A DNA stretch of 64,000 nucleotides from an uncultured virus (IMG/VR IMGVR_UViG_3300020048_000111) (Duplodnaviria > Heunggongvirae > Uroviricota > Caudoviricetes), in IMG/VR virus record IMGVR_UViG_3300020048_000111, one strand, 5' to 3'. Below the pieces are notes generated by a model. It ran no database searches, was not told the origin of the DNA, and worked only from the letters and a program-made list of their open reading frames with translations. Shown piece by piece: positions 37,849 to 52,100 of this stretch. Numbering within the stretch: the first letter of the stretch is position 1; every line of letters starts with the position of its first letter. The position numbers and the translations under genes were made by a program.

Positions 37849-40491
37849 ATGAAAGAACAAATATTAAAACTCGCAGGTGTAAAATCAGAAAAAGAATTTT
37901 ACAAATTATTTCCTGATGAATCTTCTTTCCTAGCTAAGTATGGAAAGCAGATAAAGAAGTTGCAAATGAAGCAAGGAATAGAGAAAGCTCAATATGGGCT
38001 TAATCAAACTGCTTTAAATGCTGTTAATCAAGGAATAGAACAACAGCAATTACAGCAGAAATATAAATTTTCTCCAGGAACATCAGAAGGAATAGGTACT
38101 GAAGAAATAATGCAACCTTATCAGACTCCTGCTAATGATTATTCTTATTTACAAAATCAAAATCCTTATGGACAGGATAATGGTGAGCAATTTATTAATA
38201 AACCGGATAAGCAGAAAGTTAATTGGGCACAAGGAATCCCTTTTGTACAAGGTATTGTAGGAGGAATACAGAAATTAGGAGAGGAGAAAAAAGCTCTCCA
38301 ATCTGCTAAACAATGGAAGGGTGTAAGTGATGTTGCTTTAAAAGCTTCACAAACACAGCCAGAACAAATAGAGAGAAAATATGTGCGCCCTGAAGATATA
38401 ACAAATACAGGAGAAGAGTTCTTTCCTATATATGGTGTAGGAACAAATATTCTTGGTAAAGGAGGAAAAATTCCTAAAGCTCAATGGGGAGAAATGTTAC
38501 AAGGAATTGGAGGAGCAAAACCTTTAATGGGGGGAAATGAAAAATTCATGCAAGGCTTTAATCAATTTAGTGATGCAGGAGGTGTAAATACAATAAATAA
38601 AGGATTGCAAGCATTAACAGGTGATACAGGAGGTGGTACTATTGGAGGAACAATTGGTGGCACTGTAGGTGGTATATTTGGCCCTGTAGGAAATGCTGTA
38701 GGAGAATTTATTGGAACAGGAATTGGTGCTGCATTAGATGGAAGAGTGAGAAAGACAAAAAGACTTAATGAAGAAACTTACTCCAATATGAATAACATGG
38801 CTTTTTCTAATGCAGGAGAAGGATTACAAGGAAGATATTCTTCCTTTGTAGAGAATGGAGGTAACATTCCTTCTCCACAAATAGTACAATCAATACAAGG
38901 AATGACAGCAGCAGATTATGAAAGATTTGCTTCTATGCGTACAGGAGGAAATTTAAAACAAAATAACATTGATGATTTACAAGTATATGAAGGAAATGCA
39001 GAACAGGTGTCTCCTGATACAATCAAATTCAATGGCCCTTCTCATGCTGATGGAGGTATGGATATCACTTATGGAGGAAATCCTGTAGAGGTGGAAGGAA
39101 ATGAATATGCTTCAGAAATGCCAGGAAAAAGTGGTAATGAACTTGTTGTATTTGGTAATTTAATTAATCCTCTTTCAAAGCATAAGTTTAAAATAGATGC
39201 TGCTGATATAGCAAAGAAAGAGGAAAAGAATAATAAAATTGCTGAAAACCATATAACAAAAATAGGTGAAATGAATGTACAGAATATACATGACAAGCTT
39301 TCCTTTGATACACATAAGCTTATGAGTATGGGAGCTAATATGAAGCTGAAAAAACTTGCTGATGAAAAATCAACCCTCTCAGCTTTACAAAGTGCCATTA
39401 ATGATACAGCAGAAGAATACAACCTAATTCCTGATGATCTATCAAAAGGAAAAATTAAAAGAGCTAAATATGGAACAAGTATATTAAAAGCACAAGATGG
39501 ATATAATTTAGTACTTGGTAAACCAGGATATGAAGATTACCCATCTATGATAAAATCAAAAGAGAAAGATCAATTCAAAGTACCTAGCCAAAGGAAAACA
39601 ACAAATGCACTTCCTATTTATGGAGGTGTTACACCTGAAATGATTGCTCAAAATTGGCCTAAAGAGGTGTTAACATCTGCAGGACTTGATCCTTCAAATC
39701 CTCAGGCATGGGGAAAGGATGCAATTCCAAATTTACAAAAAACTGTAAAGGAGAAATACCCACAAATGTATTCTCAACTTGAAGATCAAACAAGTAGAAC
39801 AACTAATTTATTTGGTGTAGATTGGTATTCATTAGGGCTTAATTCCCCTGCACCCACTCCTCAAACTATTCCTGCAGCAGAACCACTTAAAGTTACACCA
39901 TTAGGAACTCCTGCTGTTAAACAAACTCCTGAAGAAGACTATCAACCTTATCCTGTGCAGCAACCTAATCCTTGGATAACAGGAATAAATACAATGCTTC
40001 CTTTTATAAGACCCAGTGATGCTGAACAACTTGATCCTAATCAATTAGCCGGAGAAATGTATGCTCTTNNNNNNNNNNNNNNNNNNNNNNNNNNNNNNNA
40101 TAATCAATATACAAGACAAGCACAAGCTAAATCAAATACAAAAGAGGTAACACAAGCTGCTTTAAGTTCTATTGCTGATAAGTTCCAAAGGAATAAATTA
40201 GAGAACAGGCAATTAGGCATATATGAAAACATGTATAATTATAGGTTTGATGATAAGGGAAGAGCATGGAATTGGAATCCTCTTGCTCAATTTAACACAA
40301 CAATGGATAATTCACCAAATAATAATGGAATTATATCTTCTCCTAATGGTGAAAATTTACTTCCTATATATAGTAAATCTGGGGATATTACAGGATATAA
40401 AGTAAAAGAAGAGAAGAAAACAAAGACTTCTACAAAGGAATCAAGGAATGGGGCTATTGTAAGAGCCTTTAAAACTAATCGAATTGATTAG
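37849..40491 (+). CDS. cargo or ejection protein with glycine zipper and GPSHxxGG motif
   Basis: GGTIGGTIGGTVGGIFGPVGNAVG; GPSHADGG...VEVEG.E; N-gap at 40069-40099. Confidence 0.7.
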   Translation: MKEQILKLAGVKSEKEFYKLFPDESSFLAKYGKQIKKLQMKQGIEKAQYGLNQTALNAVNQGIEQQQLQQKYKFSPGTSEGIGTEEIMQPYQTPANDYSYLQNQNPYGQDNGEQFINKPDKQKVNWAQGIPFVQGIVGGIQKLGEEKKALQSAKQWKGVSDVALKASQTQPEQIERKYVRPEDITNTGEEFFPIYGVGTNILGKGGKIPKAQWGEMLQGIGGAKPLMGGNEKFMQGFNQFSDAGGVNTINKGLQALTGDTGGGTIGGTIGGTVGGIFGPVGNAVGEFIGTGIGAALDGRVRKTKRLNEETYSNMNNMAFSNAGEGLQGRYSSFVENGGNIPSPQIVQSIQGMTAADYERFASMRTGGNLKQNNIDDLQVYEGNAEQVSPDTIKFNGPSHADGGMDITYGGNPVEVEGNEYASEMPGKSGNELVVFGNLINPLSKHKFKIDAADIAKKEEKNNKIAENHITKIGEMNVQNIHDKLSFDTHKLMSMGANMKLKKLADEKSTLSALQSAINDTAEEYNLIPDDLSKGKIKRAKYGTSILKAQDGYNLVLGKPGYEDYPSMIKSKEKDQFKVPSQRKTTNALPIYGGVTPEMIAQNWPKEVLTSAGLDPSNPQAWGKDAIPNLQKTVKEKYPQMYSQLEDQTSRTTNLFGVDWYSLGLNSPAPTPQTIPAAEPLKVTPLGTPAVKQTPEEDYQPYPVQQPNPWITGINTMLPFIRPSDAEQLDPNQLAGEMYALXXXXXXXXXXXNQYTRQAQAKSNTKEVTQAALSSIADKFQRNKLENRQLGIYENMYNYRFDDKGRAWNWNPLAQFNTTMDNSPNNNGIISSPNGENLLPIYSKSGDITGYKVKEEKKTKTSTKESRNGAIVRAFKTNRID

Positions 40492-40531
40492 AAAGAATTA
40501 TTTGAATTGTTAGAATTCTAACATTTATCAT

Positions 40532-40539
40532 TAAATTTG
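40532..40539 (+). promoter_or_regulatory. sigma-A -7 element TAAATTTG
   Basis: TAnnTTTG 21 nt upstream of the ATG at 40561. Confidence 0.5.
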
Positions 40540-40560
40540 TTAACTTAATATAAAATACTA

Positions 40561-43174
40561 ATGGCAAGCTGGACAGATAAACAATCTCCTGTTTTTAATC
40601 CTTACGTTCAACAACTCCCTGTAGAGGCAATGGTTGAGGTAGGTATGGAAAAGCAAAGAAGATATGATATAGGAGTTGAAAAAATTCAATCATCTATTGA
40701 TAATGTTGCAGGGCTTGATATAATAAGAGGGGTGGATCAAAGTTATCTTCAAGCTAAACTTAATAATTTAGGAGATAATTTAAAAGGTGTTGCAGCAGGA
40801 GATTTTTCTAATTATCAATTAGTTACTTCTGTAAGTGGAATGGCCTCTCAAATTGGAAAAGATCAGAATATTATTAATGCTGTAGCTTCTACAAGAAAAT
40901 ATAGGAAGGGGATAGAGGATATGACTTCTGCAGTTAAAGAAGGAAAATCATCTCCTTCTAATGAATGGGATTTTTCAAATAGAGCATCTGCATGGTTAAA
41001 TAGTGATAAACTTTCAGCTACATTTAGTGATCAATATCAACCTTATACAGATTACAGGAAACGTGCTTTAGAGGTAATAAAATCTCTTACAAAAAGTGAG
41101 AATATTACAGATGATGCATTTGATATAGATGAAAAAGGAAATGTAGTTATAACTGATGCTATGGTTCGTCAGAAAATGGCAGGTATTCCTCCGGAGCAAA
41201 TTCAGCAAGCATTATTAGTAGGTCTTACTCCTGCAGATTTTAAACAAATGGAAATTGATGGAAGATATAATTATTCTAACATTAGTCCTGATGAATTTGC
41301 AAGTAGTATAAATAATGATTATTCTCAACAATATGCTGAGTATTCAAATCAGAAAGCTGTACTTGAGAATGCTAAAATGTCAACAACTTCTGCACAAGTA
41401 AAATCTGAACTTGATAACAAGATTGCATCACTAGATAAAGCATTAAAGAATATATCATCTGAATATGAAAGTGTATCTAAAACATTTAGTACCGGAGATG
41501 TAGAATCTGCTAAAGCAAGACTTCACATTATAAATTTTATGAGTGGATTTGCAAAAGCTTTTTCATTTACAGAAACTTCACAAACCTATGAAACTAGCCC
41601 ATTTGCTCAACGTCAAATGGAAAGAGAAAAAGCAGCAGTGGATTGGAAGAAATTTACAATGGAGTTCAATCAAACTGAGGCTCATTTTAATGCTAACAGA
41701 CAACTTAAAGAACAAGAGCTAGGGTTAAAAGCTGAAGAAAATGCTCTTAAACGTAAAGAATTAGGTGGGTATGGTGGGTTTCCAGGAGCAGTGTTACAAT
41801 CAGATTTACCTGATGTGACTTTAGGTAAAGTGGTGGCCTCTATTGAAGATACTCAAAAGCAAATTCAAAATAGTGATGCTACCTTCCTATCTCAAATGGG
41901 TAAAGATAAAATATGGTTAGGGCAACAGGAAGATGCATGGCTAAAAAATCCATCTTCAGTTGACCCTTTAGTGGCAAGACATTTTTCTGAAACTGCTGAT
42001 GCTAAACGAACATTAGAAGCCAATCAGATAATGGTTACTCAAATAAAAGCTGAAGCTACTAAGTTATATGGGGATGCGTATAGTAATATTCCTAGAGATG
42101 CTAAATCATTAAATATAACATTTCCAAGTGGGAGCTTTTCTCTTTCTCCAAGGGAAATGGTAGATTTTAATAATAAGTTTTTAGAATACAGAATAGTTAG
42201 TGTATCCGGAGGAACAGGAGGGGGTGCTGCTAATATAAGTTATGATGATGAAAGAGCAAAAAGGGAACTTAGTCCTAAAGAATATCATCTATATTCAGTG
42301 TATAAAAAATATGATACAGAAGGAATGGGAGCATTGAATGAATCCCAAAAAACTATAGTGAAGGTGTTAGATGAATACAAACAAAAAATAAACATTCCTT
42401 ATAAAGCAGTATTAAATCAAATCAACACTTATATAGGAACAGAAATAAAAACAAGACTTACTACTTCTCAAGGAGCAGGGTATGGAATTCCATTAGGAAA
42501 TGCTGTACAGAAAAGTACATTTGGTAATATGCTCTTAGCTGTAGCTGATTTAGCTGATAGTCAAAAAGGAGGGATAGCCAATTCTCCAAACTTTGATGTT
42601 AAAACTTTAAGAAAATTAGCTAATGATCNNNNNNNNNNCTACAGCAACTATGACAGTTGTAGATGGAACAGAATTTCAACCTAATTTATATGAGATTACA
42701 GTATCAGGGGATGATGGCACTACTAGTTTTAGAATGACACCTGAGCAGAAAATTGCTGTATTTGGAAATGAGTTTGAAGTAAGCCCTGAAATAAAGGCAA
42801 TAAGACCTTATCAGGAGCAAATTAGAAAAATGGGGGGATATAGCACTGCTCCAAAACCAGGAGTAACTTCGGAAAACAATGCTTATTTAAATAAAATAGA
42901 TTTCCCTAGTGTATCTATATATGGGGTAACAGGAAATCTTGTAACTACTGATAATTATAAATCTTATTCCATTCGATTAAATATATGGGAACCTGTAGAG
43001 AAGAAATGGTATTCAGATATTCCATATCCCCCTAGTGGAATGATAAAGGAGGATCAAATTGCAGTGGCTATGTATGGACTTACTGACTCAGCTTTATATG
43101 AGTTAATACATGGTACACCTGCAACATCTGGTGATTTAAAAAAAGTAAAAGAAGCATCTAAAAATCCTTTATAA
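40561..43174 (+). CDS. internal virion (cargo) protein; probably one gene whose apparent frameshift comes from the N-gap at 42629-42638
   Basis: ORFs 40561..42684 and 42623..43174 switch frame at a 10-N scaffold gap; N-terminal PYV.QLP.E.M..VG..KQ.RYD motif. Confidence 0.7.
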
Positions 43175-46100
43175 TGGCAGATACACCAAAATTAGATAGA
43201 TTAGGACTTGAGAAACAATTTGGAGGGTATGAACCTGCTCAACCGTCTCCTTTGCAAAATATTCCATTTAAGGGATTAGATACACCTTTTTCAGGTGTTG
43301 GAGGGGATGGTGAAGATATTACTCCATCCGCACTTACAGCATTGGAAAATTCTATTTTTTCTCATGGTTCATCTAATGGTAAATTAAGAGGGGGAGGAAT
43401 TCCACGAAGTTTTGAAGAAGTATCTTCAGGAAGATATAATAGTTTTGTTCCTGGTAATTATAATAATGAAGATGCTTTTGCCCAAGGACAGGGGTGGCCT
43501 TCTAAAATGGTTAATGGTGTAAGTAAAGGGTTGTTATTAACAGGTACTACTTTTCTTCAATCCACTGTAGGAATGATTAATGGTGTAGCTAGATGGGCGC
43601 AGGATGGTAAATTTTCATCATTTTATGATAATGAATTTAACAGAGTATTAGATGAATTAAATAAAAAAGCTGAAGACATTCTCCCCAATTATTATACAGA
43701 TGCTGAAAAAAGTGCAGATTGGTATTCCCCTTCAAAATTATTTAGTGCTAATTTCCTTTGGGATGGTATTGTAAAAAATTTAGGATTTGCCGCAGGAGCT
43801 GCATTATCAGGAGGAGTATTTGCAGCAGGATTAAAAGGCTTAAGTGCTCTACCTGGATTAGCTAAATTAGTATCTATAGGAAAAGCAGCAGAAGCATTAG
43901 CAGCTACTGAAAAAGGGTTATTGGCTGCTGAAAAAGTAGCAGAAACATATGGCAGAGTAAAAAGTCTTTCAGATAAATTTCTAAGTTCATACAAAATATT
44001 AAGTCCAGGGGGGAGAGCTGTAGTTGCTGGTTTAGCTACTACAGGAGAAGCAGGATTTGAAGCATATCATAATCTTAATGATTTTAGAAATACTAAAATT
44101 CAAGAGTATAAAGATACCCATAATGGAGTTGCTCCTACAGGACAAGTTTTAGAAGATATTAACAGAGAAGCTGATAGTGTGGGTAATTCTTCATTTATGT
44201 TAAATACTGCTCTTTTAAGTGTAACCAACTATATACAATTTCCAAAAATACTAGGGTCATCCTACACTGCTGAAAAAGGGATGATAACAGGTTTAGTCAG
44301 AGAAACTAAAGGAATTATTGAAGAGAGTGGAAAATATATTACAAAACCTTTAGGTAATAAAATATTATCAACACTAAATAAAATAAGGCCATACACCTTC
44401 TCTATATCAGAAGGATTTGAAGAAGGTGCTCAGTTTGCTATTACTAAAGGTACACAAGACTACTATGATAAAAAATACAGAGGAGAAGATACTGATATCA
44501 TATCAAGTTTAGCTAAAGGTATAGAAGAAACATTAACTACTAATGAGGGTATGGAGAATGTTCTTATTGGTGGGTTATCCGGAGCTATAATGCTTGGTAG
44601 GGGTAAATTTAAACAGTCTTCAGAAATATCCAAGAATACAGTAGATGCTCTTAGTAAATTTAATAAATTCAGACTTTCTGATTTTACAAAAGATACTATT
44701 GATTCTATTAATAGGGGGGTTCTTTTACAGGAACAAAGAGAACAAACATTAAAAGAAGGAAACATAATTGACAGTAAAGACCTTGAAGCTGATTATATTA
44801 TCAATTACCTTTCTCCACGTATTAAATATGGAAGGTATGATCTTGTTACCAGTGAAATAAATGATCACAGAATATTAGCAAGTACAGAAGAAGGGTTTGC
44901 TCAACTTCAGGCTGAAGGAAAAGCCCTTCCTTCAGATACAAGAGAAGCTTATTTGGAAAGATTAAATCTTCTTCAACAAACTGCTGAAAATACAAAATCT
45001 CTTTATCAAAGTTTAAATCTTAGATATGGAGCACTTACTGATGAAAATGGAAATCTTGTATATTCTTCCCCTATAATTGATAAGATGGTATATGCAGCAT
45101 CTAAAGTTGCTGATTATGATAATAGAATTCCTGGGTTATCAAGTAAACTTGTAGGTGCAGGAATTGATATTGACACTGTAGTTAAAGATATTATTGAGGG
45201 AAAAGTAGAAAGTTTTAATGAAGCTTCAATAAAGATTAAAGCTCTTGATATTCTTGATGAAGAAAAAACTTCACTTGGTCAATCATTAGATGATGTTGGT
45301 GAAATGTCTTTACGAAGAAATAAATTCTTAAAGGAATATGAAGAAATAAAAAATAATCCTACAAAACATCGTGAACAAAGAATAGAAGATTTATCACAAG
45401 AAGAAAAAGAAGAGAAAAAAATTGTAAAAATTGCCACACAAAATAAGAATACTGAATTTGAAACAGGAAAAGAATACTTCCTTGGTACAACTGTAGACTA
45501 TGATAAGAATGGTCTTGAAACCCCTATTGATATACATAAGTTTACTCTTCTTGGGGAGAATGAAGATGGTACATTAAAGATATCTGTTGAAGGTAAGATA
45601 TATGATGTTCCGGCTAATAAGTTTGCAAAATATAAACTTACAGAGACTTCTGCTTTAAAGAATAATAAAACTGCTAATTATTTCTATCAGCATAGGAATG
45701 ATATATTCAGCTATAATTTTGGAAAGAAATTTGGAGGAAAGAAGTTAGGCAGAATTCAATATGAAGATGGTAAATTGTATTTTGTATACAAAGGAGCAAA
45801 AGGTAAGGTAATAAAGAAACAAATTGATAATAGTCACTTCACTCCTCAAAAGGGATATGATTTCGCACGTATTACAAATACAAATAAACAAGTAAGGACA
45901 TCAGAACAATTACAAGCTGATAAAGAATTTCAGGAAGAGAAGGATACTAAGAGTGCAAAGGAAAAAATAAGTGAGAATAGAGCAAAGCGTGTGGGAATAC
46001 TTGCAGAGCTTGCTCAAGAGATTGTTCAGGATCAGGCAATAACAGAACAGAATATTGAAAAGAGAAATGCTGAACTTGAAAATATAAAGAAGGAGCTTGC

Positions 46101-49100
46101 TGTTCTTGAGGAAAAAATCCTATCTACAGAAAATGACAGGGATTTAAGATTTAAGAATAAGATAATGTTCAAAGCAACAACAAGGAAAATGTTAGCTGCT
46201 GCTGAAAGGTTATCTTTAATGCAAGAAAAGCTTGAAAAAGAGCTTATTGATTTACAAGCTAGGAAAGAAGACCTTGATATTGATTTGTCCTATATAGAGG
46301 ATGCTGCACAATATATTGAAGAACTTCCTGAGTATGGGGATGATTTTCTCGATGAATTGAAGGAGCAGAAAGAATTAATGGAGGAATTAATTGCAAAAAC
46401 AGAAACTGAAATTGAGGGTACAAAAGGTATATTAGAAAAAGTAAAGAGTGCTCTTGATAGTGCAATGTCATTATTAACTGATCTTGTACATAAATTTGAG
46501 AAGAAATTTCCTAATGTTCCTTTAGATGTAATGGGGCAAACATGGATAGATTTTTTACAAGCAAATCCTAATTTCCTAAAACTCAAACCTACCTATAAAG
46601 AGGAACTTAAAAGTCTTGAAGAATTAGTTGCACAAGTAGAAGACTTAGATATTATTCCTGGGGAGAGAACAGTAAAGGAACTTTCTGATAACATTAATGA
46701 ATTACAGAGTGCATTAGTGGAATATAAAAAGGAATTAAAAGCTAAGAGTGCTATTCTTGATAAGTTTCAAAAAATTGCGGACAAGTATTTACAGGAGAAA
46801 GAAGAAGAAAATAAATTAGCAAAAGATGAACAACTTATTAAGGAAGCATTAGGAACAGAAGATAATGACACTATTGTTCAATTACCTTTCTCTCATAAAT
46901 TTGAAGCTGAAGCAAAGAAAGCTGATGATTATGTTCCTATATCAACTATTCCTTTAGATGATACAGAAGTTTCTCATCATGTAAGAGCTAATAAATTTGG
47001 CACACTTCTTAACAAACTTCCTAACAGGAAAAAAATAAGAGGTGTATTTATTACTTTGAAGAATGAAGAAGCTCTTGGTCTTAAAGGATTGATGAACTTA
47101 TTAAAGAATGAGGAAGATGGTGTAGATGAATCTTCAATCATTGCTATGGTAATAGTAGAAGAGGACAAAGAAGGAAATCTAACATTAATTGATGAGAATG
47201 GAATAAAAATAGAGAGCACAACGGATTATCTATCCAAAGGAATTTTCACTGTAATGCCGGATAAACTGTTAACATCTGGCAAGATGTTCAGAGAAACTAC
47301 AACTAAGGAAGTAAGAGATGCCATTATAGAGCAATATAAGAAGTGGAGAGAGAAGATATTTAAGGTGGTGGACACAAGTGAGGTTCATGAAATTGAAGCC
47401 TCCCTGGGCCATGCTATGCCTGTTACAATGCTTGATAAGGATGGCAAGGAGATAATTGATTATGATGCAAGAATTAGTGTTGAAGATAGTGAATTTGTTT
47501 CTGAGGAAGACATAGAAGGGGATTTACTTATTAGTATTCCTAATTTAAACACTACACATGAAAAAGGAACTACATCTTTTAACACACCTTTAGGTAGAAT
47601 ATTTCTTGAACTTCCAAATGGATATAGGAAACTAAATAATAAACAACATTCAAGAGCAGAAGCAGAAAGTATATTTGATACTATTATGCAAGTGGCTAAA
47701 CAGATGATGGATAAATCCATAGGGATAAAAGACCCTAGTTCTGTAAGGCTTGTAAATTATTTAAAATCTGTTATCTATTGGGGAATACCAAGAGACCCAA
47801 ATACTAAGGAGAGAAAACCAAATGGATACAATAGTTTGTTTTGGGAAAAGGATAGTGAAACAGGACAATTTATGCTTTCTATTTCTGGAAATGGAAAAAA
47901 TTATCCATTCACACCTTCTTCTTTACAGCTTAATAAAGAACAGATTATAACATTGTTAACCAATATGTATAACAATGTCAATTCTACATTAGTAAAAGAC
48001 CTCAATAGTGAATATGAGCAAATAATCAATATATCATCTTCAGGAGAGATTAAAAGCGTTATATGGCCTAATTATCAAACCTACCTACTTTCTAATAAAA
48101 CACCTGATGGAAAGAAGAGAACTGATATTCCTCTTACAACAAACACAAGACCAATAGTAAAAGATGTTGAAGGAGATACAAATATTACAGGAGTATATTT
48201 TTATACAACAGATACACAAGATGATTTTGTAATTCCTATTTCTGAAAAACCAAAAGCTACCCCTGCTGCAAAACTTGTTGTAAAAACAAAAGGGGAGGAA
48301 GTAAAAACTATAATAAATACAAAAGATTTAAAAATTGGAGACACTCTTTCAATAACCACAAGTGAATCAGTTTTTGACATTACAGTTACAGGAATTTCAC
48401 ATAATAATGGATTACTTTCATTACAGTATAAAAATTCTTATGGGATTGATGTTGTATATAGAGGGAAAGAAGCTGATATAAAAAATGGAGAATTCTTTCC
48501 TTCTGAAAGAAGAATTGGCCCAAAACCATTTTCCAATTTATCAACAGCATCTTTTGTTAAAATAGAATTAAGTAAAAAAGGTATATCTACAGGAAAAAAA
48601 GAAATCATTTCTACAAGTGGGACATTTATATTAGATGGAAAAACTACTAATACATATACATCTCCTAAGACAGGACTTTCTATATTATTTGGAGCCCCTG
48701 CTAATGTAAATGAAAATAATTTCATGAAGGTTATTTCTGTATTTCAGGGGGCTAATCTTGATGAAATATTCTCAAATGTTTCAGATAGGGTGAAAGAAGT
48801 AAATCCTAAGTTCACACCTAAACAAGTAACAGAAGAAGCACAGAAACTTATTAAGCGTACTATATATGATGCTATTATTCCTCAATTAGGAAAAGCATCT
48901 AATATGGAAGGTAAGGATGAAGTGTTTGAAATTCCTGATGATGAAAATGAGGAAACTGCTGCCACAGAGAATGCTCCTGTTGAAGAGCAAGATGAAGCAT
49001 TTGAAATCCCTAATGATGAAGAAAACAGTGATGCTGTAAATAATGCAATTAATAATGCATTAAAGAATAAGAATAAGCAAAAACCTATTCTAAGAGAAAT

Positions 49101-52100
49101 GTTAGAAAAGGAAATAGCAGAGGATAAAATTGAAAATTGGGTAGAAATTGAAGAATGGATTAAAACTAATTTCCCACATCTTCCTCTGTATAGAGTAAAG
49201 AATATTATCAGTGAAATAGGTGGAGATAGAAAAGCTTGGGGAATGCTCAAGAATGGAGCATTGTATATATATGAACAAGCAGAAGTAGGAACAGTATATC
49301 ATGAAGTGTTTGAAGCTGTTTGGAAATTAATGTCTTCTCCTGAAGAAAGAGCAAGTATTGAGAATGAATTTAAGAATAGAAAGGGAATATTTACTGATAG
49401 ACCTACAGGTACTACTATTAAATATGCTGATGCTACTGCTCAACAGATAAAAGAACAGCTTGCAGAGGAATTCAGGGAATATAGGATTAATAGAAAAATT
49501 CCACAAAAACCTGTTGATGGAAGGCCTTTTATTTTAAAACTATTCTCTGATATTGTTAATATGGTAAAGGGATTGTTTGGAAAAGAAAACTTTTCTTCCC
49601 TCACAGAAGAGCTATTTAATAAAATAAATACAGGAGGATATAAAAATAATATTCCCTTAGAGACAGCATTATCATATGCATCAAGAGGAATAATAGACAT
49701 AGAAGATGCTTATTTCACAGAAGTAGATGAACTAAGTGCTGTAGCAATAACAGATATTGAGAAAATGGAGATAGTGGAAGAAATGACCTATCTCACTCTT
49801 GTTGATTTAGTGGCTTCTGATAGAGGGCTTTTTGTTCTTCCTACATTGAATAGAACAGAACTATATTCAAAACTTAAAAATGAAATCCTTGAAACAATAG
49901 CAAATAAAGTAGTGGCAGCTTATGATCTTGTTGAAAGTGAAACATTAACATTAAAACAAGTAAAACCTACCATAGACAAGTATACCAATCTGATGAAACT
50001 TATTGATAAACAATGGGAGTCTATTGTAGCAAAACATAAGGAATACCTGAAAGGATATTCAATTGAGTTTGATGAAAATGATCGTCTTCAACTTACTGAT
50101 GAAAACAATACAGGTAGAGATAATTACCAGGATGCAACAAAAATTGACAACTTTAAAAAAACAAATGCAGCTATAAAATTACTATTGGCTACAATGCCAA
50201 AAGTATATCTTGATGAAAACAATGAGGAAGTAGCAGAATTATCATCCATAGGAGGGCATAAGCTCATACCAATGAGTGAAACTTACATTGCTATTATGAG
50301 TAATGTTCATACATCAAGAGGACTTGAAGAAATGTTCTCCAGACTGCGTGAGATGGCTGTAGTTAACCCCAATTATCGCACTCTATACAAACGCCTTACC
50401 AAGACTAATTGGATGGATAAAGGGGTTGATTTTAATAAAATTGAAACAACACATGGTTTACAATTAGTAAGTGCCTTTTGGAAGACATTTAAGAAACAAA
50501 ATCCTTCTGTACAAAATGTATTCATTCTTGAGAATGGTGAAGTGGTTGTGGGGGATGCAAATCTTTCAACAGCAGCAGCACAATTAAAAAGTGAATATAT
50601 ACATTCTATTATTCTCTCTGCTAAAGAAGGAAAAGGATTTTATAAATATGATGAGGGAAAAAAGAAATATGTTGGTATTCCTGCTAAGGTGAAGGGTATT
50701 GATTTAAATACAAATGAGAAGAGGGTATTGTTTCTTTCTAAATTAGGAATTTCTTTTACACTAAAAGAAATCAATAGCTTTTCAAAGAATTTAAATAAAT
50801 TTCAACAGTTTAAAGAAACAGTAGATGGTATAAAAGCAAGTATTGCCAATACAGATGAGATTGCTATGTTTTCAGGAAAGGTGTTAGAAATTAATAACAG
50901 GCTTCTTGAATTAGCATTATTAAAGGCTTCTCTTACACATCCGGAATTTGATAGTACATATTTTAATGTAACAGGTGATAGAACACAATCCTTCATAGGA
51001 ACAAATGCCCCTAGTGATTTATATGATGTACTTTCACAAATAGATAATCTTAGTGAACTCAAAGGAACACAATATGCTTATTTATTGACAGATGTTTTTT
51101 CTCAGGGCTCTGATGTCCTTTCCAGGATGTTTAAGAAAGATGGAAGTAGAAGAACAGATATAGGCAGTGAGGGATTGTTAAAGGTAGGGTATGTGAGTGG
51201 TATTATTAACAGTGTAAAAGGGAAACAAAAACAGTCTTCTAAACTTTCCTATCCTGAAAGAATTATACAGGGGATAAACTTAAATCTTAAAGGATGGTTT
51301 TTGAATCTTATTCCTGCTGATGCAACAATAGAGTGGATGCTTAATATGGGAACACCCATTACAACATCAAATCTATCAAAAGGAATGATAGGTGTTAATA
51401 GAATATTTGGTGAATATTTCAAAGCAGAATTAGCTCTTGCAAGAGATAAAAGACCTCTTGATAGACATAGAGATAAAAAATTAGTAAAAGAATTACGTTT
51501 CTTTAAAGAAATCCTTGGTGAGAAATTACACAATGATGTTATAGCTGAAACAAAACCTATTGAAGATGTATACACTAAATATGAAAACAGAATCAACACT
51601 GCTCTTGATAAATACATTACTAAGAAAACGAATAACTTAAAATGGCTTTTAGAAAGATTTAATATTCTTAAACAAGAAGAAACAGGATGGAATACAGAGA
51701 ATATTGATTTGCCGGAAAATATGACAGAGAATGAACTTAATGGACATTTAAAGGCATTGTCTATTAATTTCATGATTGCTAATATTGAAATGCATAAAAT
51801 TCTTTATTCAGACCCTTATCAATATTGGGATGAATTAAAGCGTATAAAAGCTTTCAACTCTCCTGCACAACCTTTGGTAAATGATCCTAAAATGAATGCA
51901 GCTTATAATAAGGTGTGGAATAAAGGATTTAAAAAAGGTGAAATAGGATATACAGATTTTACAAAATCTTATTTCTCAACAGGAACATTTGCTGATGTTA
52001 TTGGTATAATAGACCTCCCTGATTATAAGGAATATGAAGAAACCAATGGTAGTGGTATTATCACCTTTGGTGCTTATAGAAATTTCAGGATAAGGGCAGG

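Noticed and set aside
42623..42684. Possible programmed frameshift between the 707-aa and 183-aa ORFs
   Set aside because: The frame change coincides with a 10-N scaffold gap (42629-42638) of arbitrary length, so it is most likely an assembly artefact
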